Below are positions 1 through 13,330 of a DNA stretch of 64,000 nucleotides, one piece after another; positions within the stretch are counted from its first letter, which is position 1, and each line of letters starts with the position of its first letter. This DNA comes from Vicugna vicugna (lineage: Eukaryota): NCBI GenBank assembly GCA_013265495.1, contig MU061579.1:1021159-1085158 (forward strand), in the 5' to 3' direction. Both the position numbers and the translations under genes were made by a program. Under the pieces are notes generated by a model that was not told the origin of the DNA, did not search any database, and saw only the letters and a list, made by a program, of their open reading frames with translations.

Positions 1-325
1 TCATGAAAAGGAAGGGAATGCTGATATTCTGTCATAGACAGGATACTAAGGAGATATGATGACCAAATACATGATGGTACTCTAGAATGGATCCTTTACC
101 AGTAAAAGATCATTAGTGGGAAAATATAATAAAATCTGAGTAAAGTATTATAAGTGCTAATATAATGTGAATAAAGTCTAACAAGTGGTGATGTATTAGT
201 TTTTAAGTATGTACCATCATTACAGAAAATGTTAGTATTAGGGGATGCATGAAAGTTCATGGGGACTCATTAAATCATCTTGATAGTATTTAGTAAATCT
301 AAAATGATTTCAAAATAGTTTTTAG
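1..325 (+). mobile_element. Old L1 3' end fragment (L1MC-type)
   Basis: Motifs 'actaaggagatatgatgaccaaat...ggatcc...cattagtgggaaaa...aatgttagtattagggga...aaatctaaaatgatttcaaaatag' resemble the recalled L1MC3/4 3' UTR. Confidence 0.7.
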
Positions 326-573
326 AAGTTGACAACTTGTCAGAGAATTTAATAGAAAGACTGTCAGAACTTTGCTTTCATTTCAGGTCTTTCTCAAACA
401 AGCTGTGTTTCTTCTCTGGTTCTCAGCCTTCTGATTTGTAAAATGCAGAGGTAAAACAAGGTAATGTGCCTGCAATGCCATCTTCAGTGTTCTGTTATAT
501 GTAAGACTCAAAATATGCTGAGCTATAATCTTGAATTTTTGTTAAGTGGATTGGCAAAAGCAGACATTGATAT

Positions 574-1028
574 TGTTATGGAAATGACAGGCCAGTCAAG
601 AAACAAGCACCACTCGGAGGGTTGGAGTACTCAGATGTATTATGCCCGCGGGCTCAGAGGGGCTTCTGCTCCGAAGCTCTGAGCACCTCCAAGACGTGCG
701 CATGAGGTTTTATAGAGTAAAGTACAAGCTTGGGGTATTCGGCCAATGGGCATGGAACAGCTTTAGCCGCATTATCATCACAAAAGTGGAGGTGGGGAGG
801 CAGCAAACCAACATTCCAAAGCCAGATATGTATCTTTGAAAATCCAGCTGGGTAGCAAAAAAACACAAACAGCAAACCAACACTAATTAAATTTACAAGT
901 TAGCAGAACTCAGATCAGTATTCCAATGCTTAGACTTGTGAGTTATCTTGTTAGCCCAGCCCAGCCTCTCCTTCACATTCCTAGACCTGTGAGTTATCTT
1001 GTTAGACCAGCCCAGCTTTTCCTTCACA
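574..1028 (-). mobile_element. Solo ERV LTR, class I (ERV1)-type, probably lineage-specific
   Basis: TG...CA termini with perfect 4-bp TSD ATAT (570-573 and 1029-1032); minus-strand TATA-like CTATAAAA near 707-714; CpGs retained; ~51-bp tandem duplication at one end. Confidence 0.8.
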
Positions 1029-1032
1029 ATAT

Positions 1033-1345
1033 TAGTGGGGCAGGCACCCTGCAAAATGGGCCCCAAAGATCTTCACCTGCTGGTATCCCTTCCACATTGT
1101 GGTACCCTTTGCTTGCCTGTGGGCTGGGTTTGGTGACTCGCTACTAATAAATAAAACATAAAAGAAGTGATAGCGTATTATTTATTCGATTAGCTTATAA
1201 AACATGGCAATTTTTATCTCGGGCCCTCCCTGTCTTTTACGTTTTCCCTTTCTCTCTAACTAGCCCTGAAAGGATCCAGACATCATGCTGTGAGACAGCC
1301 ATGTGGACAGTTCCAAGTGATGAGAAAGTGCATGACTGACCACCT
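1033..1345 (+). mobile_element. MaLR LTR fragment (MLT1E/F/G-like)
   Basis: 'aaaatgggccccaaagatc...gcctgtgggctgggtttggtgactcgctactaataaataaaac...catgctgtgagacagccatgtgg' resembles the MLT1 5' half. Confidence 0.65.
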
Positions 1346-1909
1346 GGCATACTGATCTTCATTTCAGTGAGTGTTTATCTATTGTGTCCATTCTGCCTAA
1401 CGATATAATTAGTGAAGAAAATCAAATAGCATATGGTAAGACACCTTATTCTAAATACGCATCTTTTAGGGACTATGACTGCCCTTTAGCTTCTGATTTC
1501 AATATTTATTGGAATAGGGTAAGGCCCTAGCTATTTTCATGGTGGTCATTGTTTCTTTCACATGGTGTTTTATTTCTACAAGCAGATTCACTCCCATTTT
1601 TTTCTATCCTTGGCTGCTGAACAACTTCTTTTGAGAGTTTCTCCAATCATTCTTAAGTCTCATCTTACGTCATTTTGCATTCCTTGCTTTAATCTTATAT
1701 CAATTTCATTCTTTCTCGTCTTCCTACCTACAAATGTTTTTGGTCCAACTATTAGAAGTTAAAATATGGTTAAAATGGAACATTAGTATTATCTAATGGG
1801 ATATTTCTTACTTTTTTTTTTAAGAGCATATGCATCTATTTTCATTACACTGGATCAGTTTAAAAATTTATCTTTAGATTTATTCTAATGGTATAGAATA
1901 TAATACTAG

Positions 1910-2404
1910 TGTTGGCTGAAATAAATCCACAGCCTAAAAGTTGAGAGTTATGTTTTATTTGGCGGATATTTCTGAGGACTCGAACCCCTTCGAGCCCAGG
2001 ATGACAGCCTCTCAGATCGCTCTGAGAGACTCCTCCAAAGAGGTAGGGGAGAAGCTAAGATATATAGCAGTTTTACTACAAAGACCAGGTAGTTGGAACG
2101 TGAAAAGATTACTTGTTAACTAAAGAAAACTAGGCATCTCAAGTTAAAGAATTTAGTGCTTTTCTATGTATGGGAGGAAGCAAACATTTGGGTTCATTGA
2201 CTTCATTCCTTTGACAAGCACCTAGCTACCTAGGGCCAGTATCCTGTCCTTTCTTATTCTGAGTCCCCTCAGGGTGCAGCATTGTGAGTGGCTGCAGAGG
2301 CTGGGCTGCAGGCTCGTCTTCACTGGCAGGTAGCAGCGGCTAATGACTTAATGGCTTTAGCATTCTTTGTTTACTGATATGGTTTGCAGTATTTTTTGTT
2401 TACA
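1910..2404 (-). mobile_element. MER41-family solo LTR (ERV1), similar to cetartiodactyl MER41 variants
   Basis: TG...CA termini, perfect 4-bp TSD CTAG (1906-1909 and 2405-2408); 'cctaaaagttgagagttatgttttattt', 'cagcctctcagatcgctctgagagact', 'gcttttctatgtatggga' and 'agggccagtatcctgt' match the recalled MER41-type consensus. Confidence 0.85.
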
Positions 2405-3899
2405 CTAGTAACATCAAACAAGAAAAAGTATAAAAACATTTCATTATATATGATGATGAAACATCAAAGTGATTTATGATATTTCACTATGAAATTAACA
2501 CATCTAAATCTTGTCAAAAGTACATTCTAAACATTCTCAGAAAGAGTTAACCTTTTTTTAGGTCAAGTTCGAAATATTAACTTTTGCTATATTTTTTCTA
2601 CCTCTAATATTGAGGTTGATAATTTGAAGATACTAATCTTAAACTTTCAAGAAAATTGTTAGTTGGGCTAAAATAAAATATGTCATTTTTGGAATTAGCT
2701 ATTTAATTAAAATTTTCATTCATCTTGAAAATAGAGATAACTGACAGGCAAATTTTAATCTTCAAGAAATTACTATTTATAATGATTATTAAACTTAAAT
2801 TACAAAAATTTAATTTTTGCTTTGTGTACTTTTCAGGTATTTTATTTTCACAGTTGAGGTTTAATTGTATGAGAGAAAGTTCATATAAATATGTATTTAA
2901 CACAAGATTGCCTCAATTTTATTTATTTACTTAAATTAGTAAACTCAGCACTAACATTTGAATTTATTCTGGACATTAATCAGAATATGTCTCCACTAAA
3001 ATTTTCTTTTACATTTTTGGACAAACCTAAAACATGGTTTTTATTTATTCTACACAATACACTGGTATTATTTTAATTATATTTGATTTTAGTTAATTAG
3101 AATTTGGTAACAGTGTTGTTTGTTCTTTAAAAATCTGTAGACTTCTATTTCATAAATTAACATATAACTCCAAAACCAATTCTCACATTTAACTAGCTGT
3201 CATAAACATCAACAAGAATAAAACATTAACTTTGCAAAACTAAGAATTTATGATTTATTGGCAGTTTTGCTCTTTTAATCATATCATAGTTTGGATTGAA
3301 TTACCTGCTAAGAGATGAAGTAATGAGTCTATAAACTGCACATTCAAAATCCATTTAAATATTAAGATCTACATTTTTATTCACACATATGTAATGCCCT
3401 TTAATTTGAAAACAAAAATGACTTGAGAAATAAGCATATATCTGTCTGTAACTGCTAATTCTGCTTCCTCCTGCTGTTACAGTGATTCTAACAGTGAGAA
3501 TATTATACGAAATCCCAAAGTAATGGAAAGAGCGATTGTGTTAAAAGGGCTGAGACACCAGTCAACTGAGACTCATGATGTGATTACCCCTACTTTTGGC
3601 AGTGCCACTATGACGTGATGAGTGACTGCAGAGTTAAATGGGAAAGAAGAAAATGTGATGCTGGTTCTAATTTTCACGTAGATTTTTCTCTGTACTTGGA
3701 GAATATCCTGCATCCCATTGCTTCCCAAACTGGGAACTGCCCCGCTGTACTCTGCAACTTGTAAGTGTGAAAGAAACATATAAAAGACAGGTATTCAAGT
3801 CTGACATAAACAGTGTCTGGAAAACCAGAGTGGAAATAAAGACTGACAATGTGTTAGCACTGGCTGAGAGTGGATTAGCCAAGGAATCTAAAAGTGACT

Positions 3900-4100
3900 C
3901 CACTGTTTGAAGTTCCATTGCCACTTTTCAGCTGTGATCTTCAACAAGTTATTTAACTTCTCTGTATCTTAGTTTTTCAATTGTGAAATTATGATAATAG
4001 TAAAAATGTTAATATCCACTTCATCAAATTATTGTGAGGCTTAGAAAATTAATAGATGAGCAAAGCACTTAAATTAGTACCTGGAATACAGTAGGCACAA
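3900..4100 (+). mobile_element. MIR SINE
   Basis: Core 'agctgtgatcttcaacaagttatttaacttctctgtatcttagttt...aaagcactt...tacctggaatacagtaggcac'. Confidence 0.75.
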
Positions 4101-4422
4101 AGCTTTTATTTTTATGGCTCAAAAAGTATCTCCATGGCTGATTTTATGAACTAATAAATGAAATTGCTTTCCTGTTTAGAAAAGATATACAAGTCAATTG
4201 TAGAAAATTTGGAAAATAATGAAAATAGTAAAAAGTCAAATCTTACTCATAATGTCAAAACTCACTAATGTCTATTATTTATTTAATTCAATTACTTTAT
4301 TTACCTATTAGAAATATTTTCCATAAATTAAATATACCTTTATAATATCATTTTTAGTGACTGCATGGTATTTATTCCATTAGATTATTCCGTAGTTTAT
4401 CTACCATTTAGTATCTGAGGAG

Positions 4423-4560
4423 ACCTCAGTTTCTCATCCCTAAAGTACACTTAGTAATAAATATCTACCTCTTGGTGTAATATGGAAAATTAGGTTTGAC
4501 AATGCATATAGAGTTAACAAAATCTGAGCAGGAGACGAACATTAGCTATTGTTATTATTT
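4423..4560 (+). mobile_element. MIR SINE 3' fragment
   Basis: 'cctcagtttctcatc...atctacctc...ttagctattgttattatt'. Confidence 0.55.
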
Positions 4561-5949
4561 AATCATTGCAACTTAAAAAAATTCCATTTTGTTTTACTTA
4601 ATTCTTTTTACATATTTATGATGTATTGGGGAAGTGTGTATAAGTTGAATTAGTGAAGCACACATTTTACATGTTATTAAGATTTTAAACCTAGGAATCA
4701 TTTTTAAATTGCAGTTAAGCATAACCATTTTAACTAAATTTTCCTTGTTTTCCCTCCAAGCAAATTAAATTCCCCAAATCCCTTCTCATTTTCTCTCTTA
4801 TTTTAAGGACACGATTCAACAGTCCTTCAAGCAAAGACGTAGTATACCCTTTCAATTACATGATTTCAGTTTGCACACAGTCTCATTTATCAGACTTTAT
4901 AGAGCTAATAGGTTTCTTTTGCCTTGAACCATCTTTTAAGATATTTAAAGGTGATTTTTTAATGCAAATAACTTCAATTTTATATCTCTGACTGTAGGGA
5001 AATTATTCTAATTTGCAATGATACTAAATGCAAACCAAGTGAAAAGCACTAGTGAGCAACTGCAGAATTATTCAGTTTTAGGTTTTTTTCATAAATATCT
5101 CTTCTCAGTTCTGTGCTGGATAAAAATTACATAGAAAGTAAATATATATATCTGCAATTTAAAATTATTAATTTATTTTTTAAATATGAGCTCATATTTT
5201 AACCAATTTCTCATGTCTCATGTAAGGACTAGGTTAAAAAAATTGTGGGAGCTTTGTTCATGTACTGCCAAGTATGAGATCCTGGCAATAAAAGCAAAAA
5301 TTTTGAGATCTATTTCTTAGATTATAGTCCTTGGGCACTCAAAGAACTAAGGACAAATTCTCTTGAATGATGGAAAATCTATTAGAATTCACTTAAGTCT
5401 TATGAATTCTCCTATTTTAATTTATAGCATATGCATTGCTTCTGTTTTGACAATTATTAGATATTTTAACAATTCTCTAGCATTATATTCAGTAATATGC
5501 ACATCCACTGTCGTAGAACTATGAGAAATTATTTTAACAAATGGTAAAGTCACACATGACTATGACACTTTTAGTAACCAACAAAGTAATTCCTAATATC
5601 TTCTGGTGGCCTTATCTTTTTACTATCTAAAAATTCTAGTTTGTTTATAAACAAAATAATACTAAGAAAACAGGGAGCAAGGAAGTAACGGTAGTTAGTC
5701 TTTTATTCATGACTATTACAGTTCTATGTGAGTAATGGACTAGCTTCCAAATTTTATGCTAAATCTGGAGAACTCTAGTAAGGATCTAAAATCGTGCCAA
5801 CAACAAAAGTAAAGAGATCTATTAGCAGTGTTTGCTGAAAGATTATTAAGGAAATTAGTGACATGTACACCATATATTAATCATGCCCAGTGAATTCACA
5901 TTCTCAGACTAAATTTTTCTCATCTAAAATTTCTCTTTTGAATCACTGT

Positions 5950-6400
5950 TTCATTAGTCAAGCTTCTTGCAGCTGCATGAAGTAGAATCAAACTCAGAAT
6001 GGTCTAAGGAAAACAAATTTGTTATCTGATTGGCTGTTGTAACTGGCATTCTCAGTGTCACACTTATGTTCAGGAACAAGTAGACACGAGGGCTTTGTCA
6101 AATCTATCTAATCTCCCTTTTGGCTCTGTGTTGCCTTCACTTCAATGTACAGGCTGTCTTTGTAGTGGCAAACATGATCACCTACATCTTAAGACTTTTA
6201 TATTATTAGTTTATAGACCTTAGCAGAAAAGAGCAGCTTTCTTCACAGTTGCAGAATGAATTACATGAATTACAGAATGATGCATTATTATCATTTGCAC
6301 AACCCAGAATGCGGCTCTGTGGTGAAGAAGGATTAATTAGATCCCACAGAGGAACATGGACTAATGGTGGAAAAGAAGTGAAACACCAAAGGAAATTTAG
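5950..6400 (-). mobile_element. Old MaLR LTR (MLT1J/K/L-like)
   Basis: 'ttagtcaagcttcttgcagctgca...aaactcagaatggtctaagg...gattggctgttgtaactgg' resembles a reverse-oriented MLT1 3' end. Confidence 0.5.
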
Positions 6401-6486
6401 GAGGCTTTTAACTAAAGAAGGGTGAAACAACAAACGGTCATGATAGCAAGGGATATCAACTAAAATGTTACTTTGATAATATTCAC

Positions 6487-6981
6487 TGTATTAATTTTCT
6501 ATTGTCGTATTAAAAATTACTATAAATTTAGTGACTATCAATGACACCTCTTTATTATTCTACAGTGTCTGTAGGTTAGAAATCCAGGTATAGACCTGGG
6601 TACCCTGTTCAGGTTCTCATAGACTGGAAACAAGATGTCAGCATGGGTGGTAATCCAATATTTACAGTCTTCTTCCAAACTCAATGCTTGTTGACATAAT
6701 TCAGTTCTTTTTGGGTATAGGACCAAACCAACCAATCAGTTCTTAGAGGCCTCCCATTGTTACCTGCCACGTGACATGGTACTTTGCTTGAAGTTTCTGT
6801 TGCTTGCCTGCCTCCGACTTTTACATCTAGACCTGCTTCTCTGATTATGTCAGGCCTAGTCAGGATAATTTACCTCCTGAATAATTTAAATTGATTGTAT
6901 CTGTGAGATCTACCTTTGCTATATAATACAACCATCATGAAGCATAAAACTTGGACACCACTTTAGAATTCTGCTCACCAC
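6487..6981 (-). mobile_element. MaLR LTR (MLT1D/E-like)
   Basis: Begins 'tgtattaattttctattg...aaattactataaatttagtgact' and ends 'ttagaattctgctcaccaca', typical reverse MLT1 termini. Confidence 0.7.
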
Positions 6982-7286
6982 ATCTGCTAATCAATATCAT
7001 CAATATATAGCTATAAGATATAGGCTCATATTTACTAAAATAAATAATACTTTCACAGTTATAATTTTAATAAGTTCATTGGCATCTCTTACTACCATGC
7101 TTTCTTAAACACAAATAATTCATTTTGGTTGTTCATTTATTTTTTATGTTTCTTATAGTACTTCATAATCATCATTTAGCCATAATCCATCAAAACACTC
7201 AAACATTAGATATCATGTCTCTCCATAATGTAAATCTTCAAAAGAAATCAATTTCAGTTTAACAATTTAAACTTACATAGAAATGT

Positions 7287-7308
7287 ACACACACACACAC
7301 ACACACAC
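7287..7308. repeat. (AC)n microsatellite
   Basis: Directly visible dinucleotide run. Confidence 0.95.
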
Positions 7309-7379
7309 CCCTCCCCACACCCAAAGAATTCCTTTGTACAAAGGTTTAAAAACTTGTTTAGGGGGTCATGTTAACTATT

Positions 7380-8280
7380 GCTATGGCTAAGAAATTTTTC
7401 CCCTAAAAACAGCTATAAAGCAGGACAAAATTGACAAAAACAATCATTTCAGTTCTTTGGAAAATGACCACATATTTATATGAAAATTGTCTATGCTTGA
7501 ATAAATGTTGAACTTCTAGAAAGAATGATAGGAATCTGGGATGATCCACCCTGAGGATGGTACCCCTCACTTCCACCCCACTCCTACCCAATAGCTAACA
7601 AACACAGAGGTTCTGCAGAAACAACCAACTATTTCTTTTCCACAATGGAAAGAAAGCTCACTTGATTTGGGCCTGTGAGCATTGCCTAAATCCAGCAGCA
7701 TTGTTGATGGAGGTAACAATTTCAAAGATGGGTGCGTGAGGAGGGCCAGTGATTGTACTAGCCCAGAGTTTCAGTCATAACTGGGGCAAGTTTAGTTATG
7801 GCCTAGAATATAGAGATTAGTAGCAGGGAAGATGGCCAAAGTCAACCACAAATTCCTGGTTGACCCTAAAGATTCATATATATACACAGGAGATCATAAA
7901 AAATAAAAAGCCAAACAGAAAATAAAATATGAGAAAAACTTGAAAATAGCCAGAAAATGTACATTTTTTAAAATTGTCTGTAAGCAGATCTATCAGCAGA
8001 AATCACAAGCAATACTGGCTAGCAGTTGAACATAATGGTCTAATCATTGCCCTCTAAACATCATGAGCACAATGGTTCTAGTAATCCAGTCTTAAAAATA
8101 AAAATTAAAAAACAAACAAACAAACAAAAAAACTGAGCCAAGGCATTGTGGCTGCTCACCACAGGAGAGCAAGATTTTTTGTTTCATCAAGGCAATTTAT
8201 TTAACAAAAAAAGAAACAAACAAAATCATAGCAACAACAATCTTCAGGAAGATAGATCAAAATCTGGAATATTCTAGATA
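7380..8280 (+). mobile_element. Probable degraded old L1 5' region
   Basis: 'aacagctataaagcaggacaaaattgacaaaaacaatcatttcag' resembles ancient L1M 5' ends; A-rich strand bias. Confidence 0.35.
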
Positions 8281-8288
8281 AGTAATCA

Positions 8289-8645
8289 TGTGTTGGTTAG
8301 ATGTAGAAGAGGGAAGCATTCTATAATCCTATGATTTGGTCTCAGTCTTCTAGTAAGCCCATGACCCTGAGCTCTATCTTTCACAAGTGCTTCTCAGCAA
8401 TTTTTTTACCCCTTAGGTGAGTCTAGAGAGGACTAGAGTTGGTTATTTATTTCCCTTCCCCATGTAAGTCAGGCTCTGGTAAAATAGTTTCCCCTGAGGC
8501 AGTTCTTTTTAAGGAGAACAAAATACTTTGGGATTATTTCAAGATTGCTATTTTCCTCTCCCTCTATCTAAAGATTTAGGACACTTCCTTCAGATACTTG
8601 CCCTGAGAAACTGCTGAGGCTCCTATAGGTAAAACTCATAAAATT
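8289..8645 (-). mobile_element. Old L1 (L1MC/L1M4-type) 5' region fragment
   Basis: 'gggaagcattctataatcctatgatttggtctcagtcttctagtaagccc...ttcacaagtgcttctcag' matches the recalled L1MC 5' end in reverse. Confidence 0.6.
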
Positions 8646-10599
8646 GTTATTTATTCATATAAGCATTATCTAGTACTTAGAATAATCATCATATATTTCA
8701 TTCTTCTATGAATGAAAAATGTATCTAGTAACATCTAGGTTAAAGATATAAGTGATTTTTAAATAAGATAATTGCTAATTTTTAGAAATACATTTATGGT
8801 AGTATTTCAAATATTTGTTCAAACTCATGAATGAATGGACAAGTAACCAGTTAAGAAAAAGAAATCAACCAAAATTTTCAGAGTCTATAGACTAATATCC
8901 TACATAATCCAAGTAGATTCACATGTCAAGTTGTCAATATCATACCAACTTTCTGGGCATCCTTACACTTATTTAAGTTTAGTAGTAGTAGTAGTAATAT
9001 TAGTAATTTCTTTTTTTAGACACATTCTGATATTATCATGCACTTTTGCACTTTTACATATTTTTATTTTTACAAAATGTATTCAGAATAGCAAGTCCTA
9101 AAATCTCAGTGCTTTTTGATCTTGCTTGTTCTGATATAGATGGATCATGTTTTTAAGTGTCCATTTAAAGGGGAGATTGAGCATTCTTACAACAGGCTGT
9201 CACAAAACATTATTTTATAAACCTCGTGATTCTTAAAATCTAATCTATATTAATGTAGGCAGAAAAAATTCAAAACTTTGAATTATCAAATATTGGTGTT
9301 GTAAATCATCTCTTTGTATTTAATAATTATCACTTCAATAAGAATCATAAATGTTAGATTTATTTCTCATTTACATTTAGCAGAAAATTTTATCCTCTTT
9401 ATTCTGAATATCTGACATTCTTTCCATGAAATAGGAATCTGTATGAAAAAGAAAAACCTGGGAAAATTATTGACTGCATTAAGACTTACAAGTTAGGAGG
9501 AAAAAGAGAAAAAGAAAGATGAGTGAGAATGACAAAAAGTGAACAAAAATGAGGAACTCCACTTGGAGTGAGTTGGTTGATTTTAAAGAAAGAAAATCCC
9601 AGCAAGAAAAAAATACAATCTGGAATGAGTGTGTAATTACAATTATACTCTGGATTTTCATGAAAAAATTTCGCTTACCAGTGGCAAGCAAAACAAATTA
9701 ATTTTACATGAACACTATAACTTTCATTGTAAAATTTTAAAAATATATGATAAAAAATATAACTTACTCTATTCCATTAGATGTATTGAAAAAGTTTTTC
9801 CATACAAACTAAGACATTAAGGCACATTTACATGGAATGGTGAAGTGTTGGATTAATGAAGGCTGAGCAAGAAGTCCAGGCTTAAATTACACTCCTCGAG
9901 AGATGCAATCTTCTTGATTACTTTAAAAATTTAGGATGTCAAGCTGCTGTCTTTTTTTCCCAATAATTTTCTTTCAAAATAAAATATGTACTTTTTTTAG
10001 CCTATTCATTTTGCAAAGACCAAGTGTATGGCAAAAGCAGAATTCCTTACTTTACATTTTATGGGCAGTCTCTTAATCTTCATATATTTTGTACCTTTGG
10101 GTATATGACACTTAGTTCATATTTTTCCAGAGACGTAATTCCAATTAACGTCAGTAATGGTGTGAGGAGATTTCAAGTGATGAATGTACTTGGGTCTATT
10201 AGAAAACTATCAGGCTTTTTGCACAGAAACACAAAATCCATACGTCAAAGGATGGGATTTACTAGGTGTAAATATAGGATTTTGCAGATTGACAGAAAGA
10301 GAATCAAATTTTTTAGTGACATCAGATGATGTGATATGGCCAGTTGAGGAAGAATCATAGTTTTTATCTTTTGTATTAGAAATAATTAAAATTTAAATTT
10401 AATTTTCTTCCTTATTTTATTCTCATATGTCCACTGTCTTTTTTCTATTTATGATTGCAAATTTTATTATTTTTCACAATTTTTTCCACTCAGTTTTTCA
10501 TGTGTGCACTCATTCCAATTAGATAAATGTCATTATACAAATTATTTTTCAACTTATGCCAAACATATATCCAGTAAATTTCTTTAAACATCACTAGAA

Positions 10600-11160
10600 T
10601 AAGATTTCATCATATCAACGTCATAATTATACATAGTTTTATTATAAATGTAATGCTTAAGAAAACTCAAGCAATATAACACTTCACAAAATAAAAAAAA
10701 AATTTACAATTTTCTCACCACCTTATCGCTTCTTCACTTCAACCATTTCCACTGAGTCATTAAGATGAAAATTTTTGTTTATATCATTTAAGATCTTCTA
10801 CAAACACATGTACACACATACACTTTAATATTATTACTTTAGATTTATGAATGTTAGAAGTTTCACTTTATAACTCATCAAGTTAGCACAACAAATGTCA
10901 TCTCTTTTCTATAGTGCTTGCATATAGTTCCATGTTACAAATATACCATAATGCCCTTATTATTGTACATTTAGGTAGTTAATGGTATTTTTCGCTATTA
11001 TGAGAAATATAATTTGTATGTATGTATCACACTTATTAAATAGTTGCTTAAGATAGATTCCTAGAATTAAACTTGGATGGTGAAAAGTATGCACATTTAT
11101 ATTGTTGATAGATATTGTCAAGTTGATCTCCAAAAACTATGTAAACTCTATAACAATTTA
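10600..11160 (-). mobile_element. Old L1 (L1ME-type) 3' fragment
   Basis: 'agatagattcctagaa...gatagatattgtcaagttgatctccaaaa' is a typical reverse L1ME segment. Confidence 0.55.
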
Positions 11161-12689
11161 TTTTCCCTTATTTTCATTCATTGTGTTTTGGAAAAATTAT
11201 CAGGCTTTTTTTTTAAACAAAAAAAAACCCAGTGTCATAACCCTAACTTTTTGTTAGCATTTTAGTGCAAATATTAACCAGGAGGGACTCAAAGGTTAAG
11301 ATAGTTGCTAAGCAACTACCAACCAGCCTATCTTGAGAGCAAGCTTTCAGGGCATTTTTCTGGAGACATAAATCCACCTTCTTAATTTTGCTTCTCACAT
11401 CATATACATACAGCTCAGTGAATTGAGCCATAATCTACCTAACTTGTTTTGGTTAGATTGTTCATGATCACTTTCTCCTGCAATGCACATGAACACCTAG
11501 CAGTATAGAAATATTACCTGCCGAATTAAATGATCTTACGAAACTGTAGGTATTTTTTCAACCCTGCCCAGTATTTTGATTTGCCATAGGCATGTTCATT
11601 GATATTTACAATAACACCATGGATTTTGGAATCACAGATTATTGATTTTAATTTTGCTACTGTGCTCTTTCTTTGGTGCCCTAACTTTCGGTCTTCCAGA
11701 CTGACTCTTACTAAGTTATTTCTATTCTGCCTCTCTAATCTCTACAGCTTTGCCCCTGCAGATGTCCATAATGCCTGCCTACTTGTGTTTAATTAGCTTG
11801 ATGGTTATTCCCTTTCCAAATTCATTAATAAAGATGCAGTACAAGATCCTTCCACCTCATCCAGAATAGATTAGCAGTGCCCTTGCCTGGTGTTACCTCT
11901 GTGAAATGAAAGAGGCTGTAACTTCTGACCTCTAACCTCCCTCCTTTCTGATCTTCCTTTTCCTCATTACTAACCTCTCACTCTCAGCTATATTTTTCTC
12001 CACTTTCAAGAGCACTTTTATGCCCTGAGAGGTTTGTGTTTCTTTGAAACTTTTCTTTAGAAAGCAGTTCAAAATACTTATCTGTCATCGTTTTGGTTAA
12101 TTCTCCTCGTTCACCATAAAGTCTCCAAGTAGTAAGTTCTACATTGATAGTCCCATTTTACGTTGAATCTAAGGAATAAAGAGAGCAAGTATTTTTTAAG
12201 GACGCATCACAAGAGAGAATCAGAAATAAGTTTGTACTTTTGAACTCATTCTTCAACAGCTATTAATCACTGAGTGACTTCTTTGGCAGGGCTCAAATAT
12301 GACAAAATTAACTGCTTCACTTTTTCCCAAATAAAATGTATGATGTGCTTGTAAGCACATAAAGAGATACAGAGTTTTACTTTCACTGATTTATTATTAT
12401 TCAAGAGTAGAGACACTTACTTGTGTATGTTTGTACATCTATTCTTATTTCTAATAAGTAACAAAATATGTGTAAAACTCACTTGTTTTTCATTTGCCCA
12501 CATTTTTCCAAAATTTTCTTAGGGAATTCTGACAGGGCTGAGATTTAAAAATAATCTTTGAGCAGAGATCCTGGATCTCTACCAATATTTAATGAACTTT
12601 AGCAGCCTTTTCAAAAGCTTTAATACTTGAGGAGTAGAAATTGTATTTTCAGGTTGCCTAATTATAGGGTTCATAAAGTATCTTCATGA

Positions 12690-13100
12690 ATACTATCCAA
12701 ATAATCTCAGCAGCCCTTTAAAATGCATAGACTTATTCACATTTTCTAAATGAGGGAATTGGGATCAGAAAGCTTAAAACACTTTTAACAGGGTTAAGGG
12801 TGTCTTAATTCTTAAATGGACGAGCCGAAATTCACATCCAAGTTTTCTTGATCCAGGTCAGTAACTTTTGCTTCTTAACACAAACAATATTTATAAGGGT
12901 TTATAATATGCCAGGAACTAAATGTTTTCTATGTTTCGTGTCACTTGAGCATCACCAACACCGAATGAAATAACTTTTAAAAGTACTTTAGGTGTACAGA
13001 AGAGGAGTCATTAGCATGAGTCCCACGGCTAGCTGAGGGTGAAGAAGGGAATCAACCCCACATGTCTGAGTGCGTAGTCAATACTCATGATTCTGACCGC
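12690..13100 (-). mobile_element. Two adjacent degraded MIR SINEs
   Basis: 'cacattttctaaatgagggaattgggatcagaaagcttaa...gagccgaaattcacatccaag' and 'aacaatatttataagggtttataatatgccaggaact...ggaatcaaccccacatgtctga'. Confidence 0.55.
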
Positions 13101-13166
13101 TTTCACTTTTTGACACTAATTGAACCAAAAGGTATGAAGCATGGTGAATATTTTATGCATGTAATT

Positions 13167-13330
13167 TTTTAAAAATTCACTTTATTTATTTATTTTTAGA
13201 GACTTGTTTTTTTTGGGGGGAGGGAGTTAATTAGGTCTATTTCTTTGTTTTATATGGAGGTACTGGGGATTGAACCCACGACCTCGTGCATGCTAGGCAT
13301 GCACTCTACCACTGAGCTATACCCTCCCCC
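13167..13330 (-). mobile_element. tRNA-Ala-derived SINE (camelid Vic-1-like)
   Basis: Reverse strand reads GGGGGAGGGTATAGCTCAGTGGTAGAGTGCATGCCTAGCATGCACGAGGTCGTGGGTTCAATCCCCAGTACCTCCA (A and B boxes, tRNA-Ala(AGC)-like), then an A-rich tail; imperfect TSD atgcatgtaatt (13155-13166) / attcatgtagtt (13331-13342). Confidence 0.85.

Noticed and set aside
574..2404. The two LTRs as ends of one provirus
   Set aside because: Their sequences are unrelated and each has its own TSD
13255..13330. Functional tRNA-Ala gene
   Set aside because: It has an extra 5' GGGGGA, an encoded CCA, a SINE tail and a TSD, and a related diverged copy at 60480-60636, so it is a SINE head
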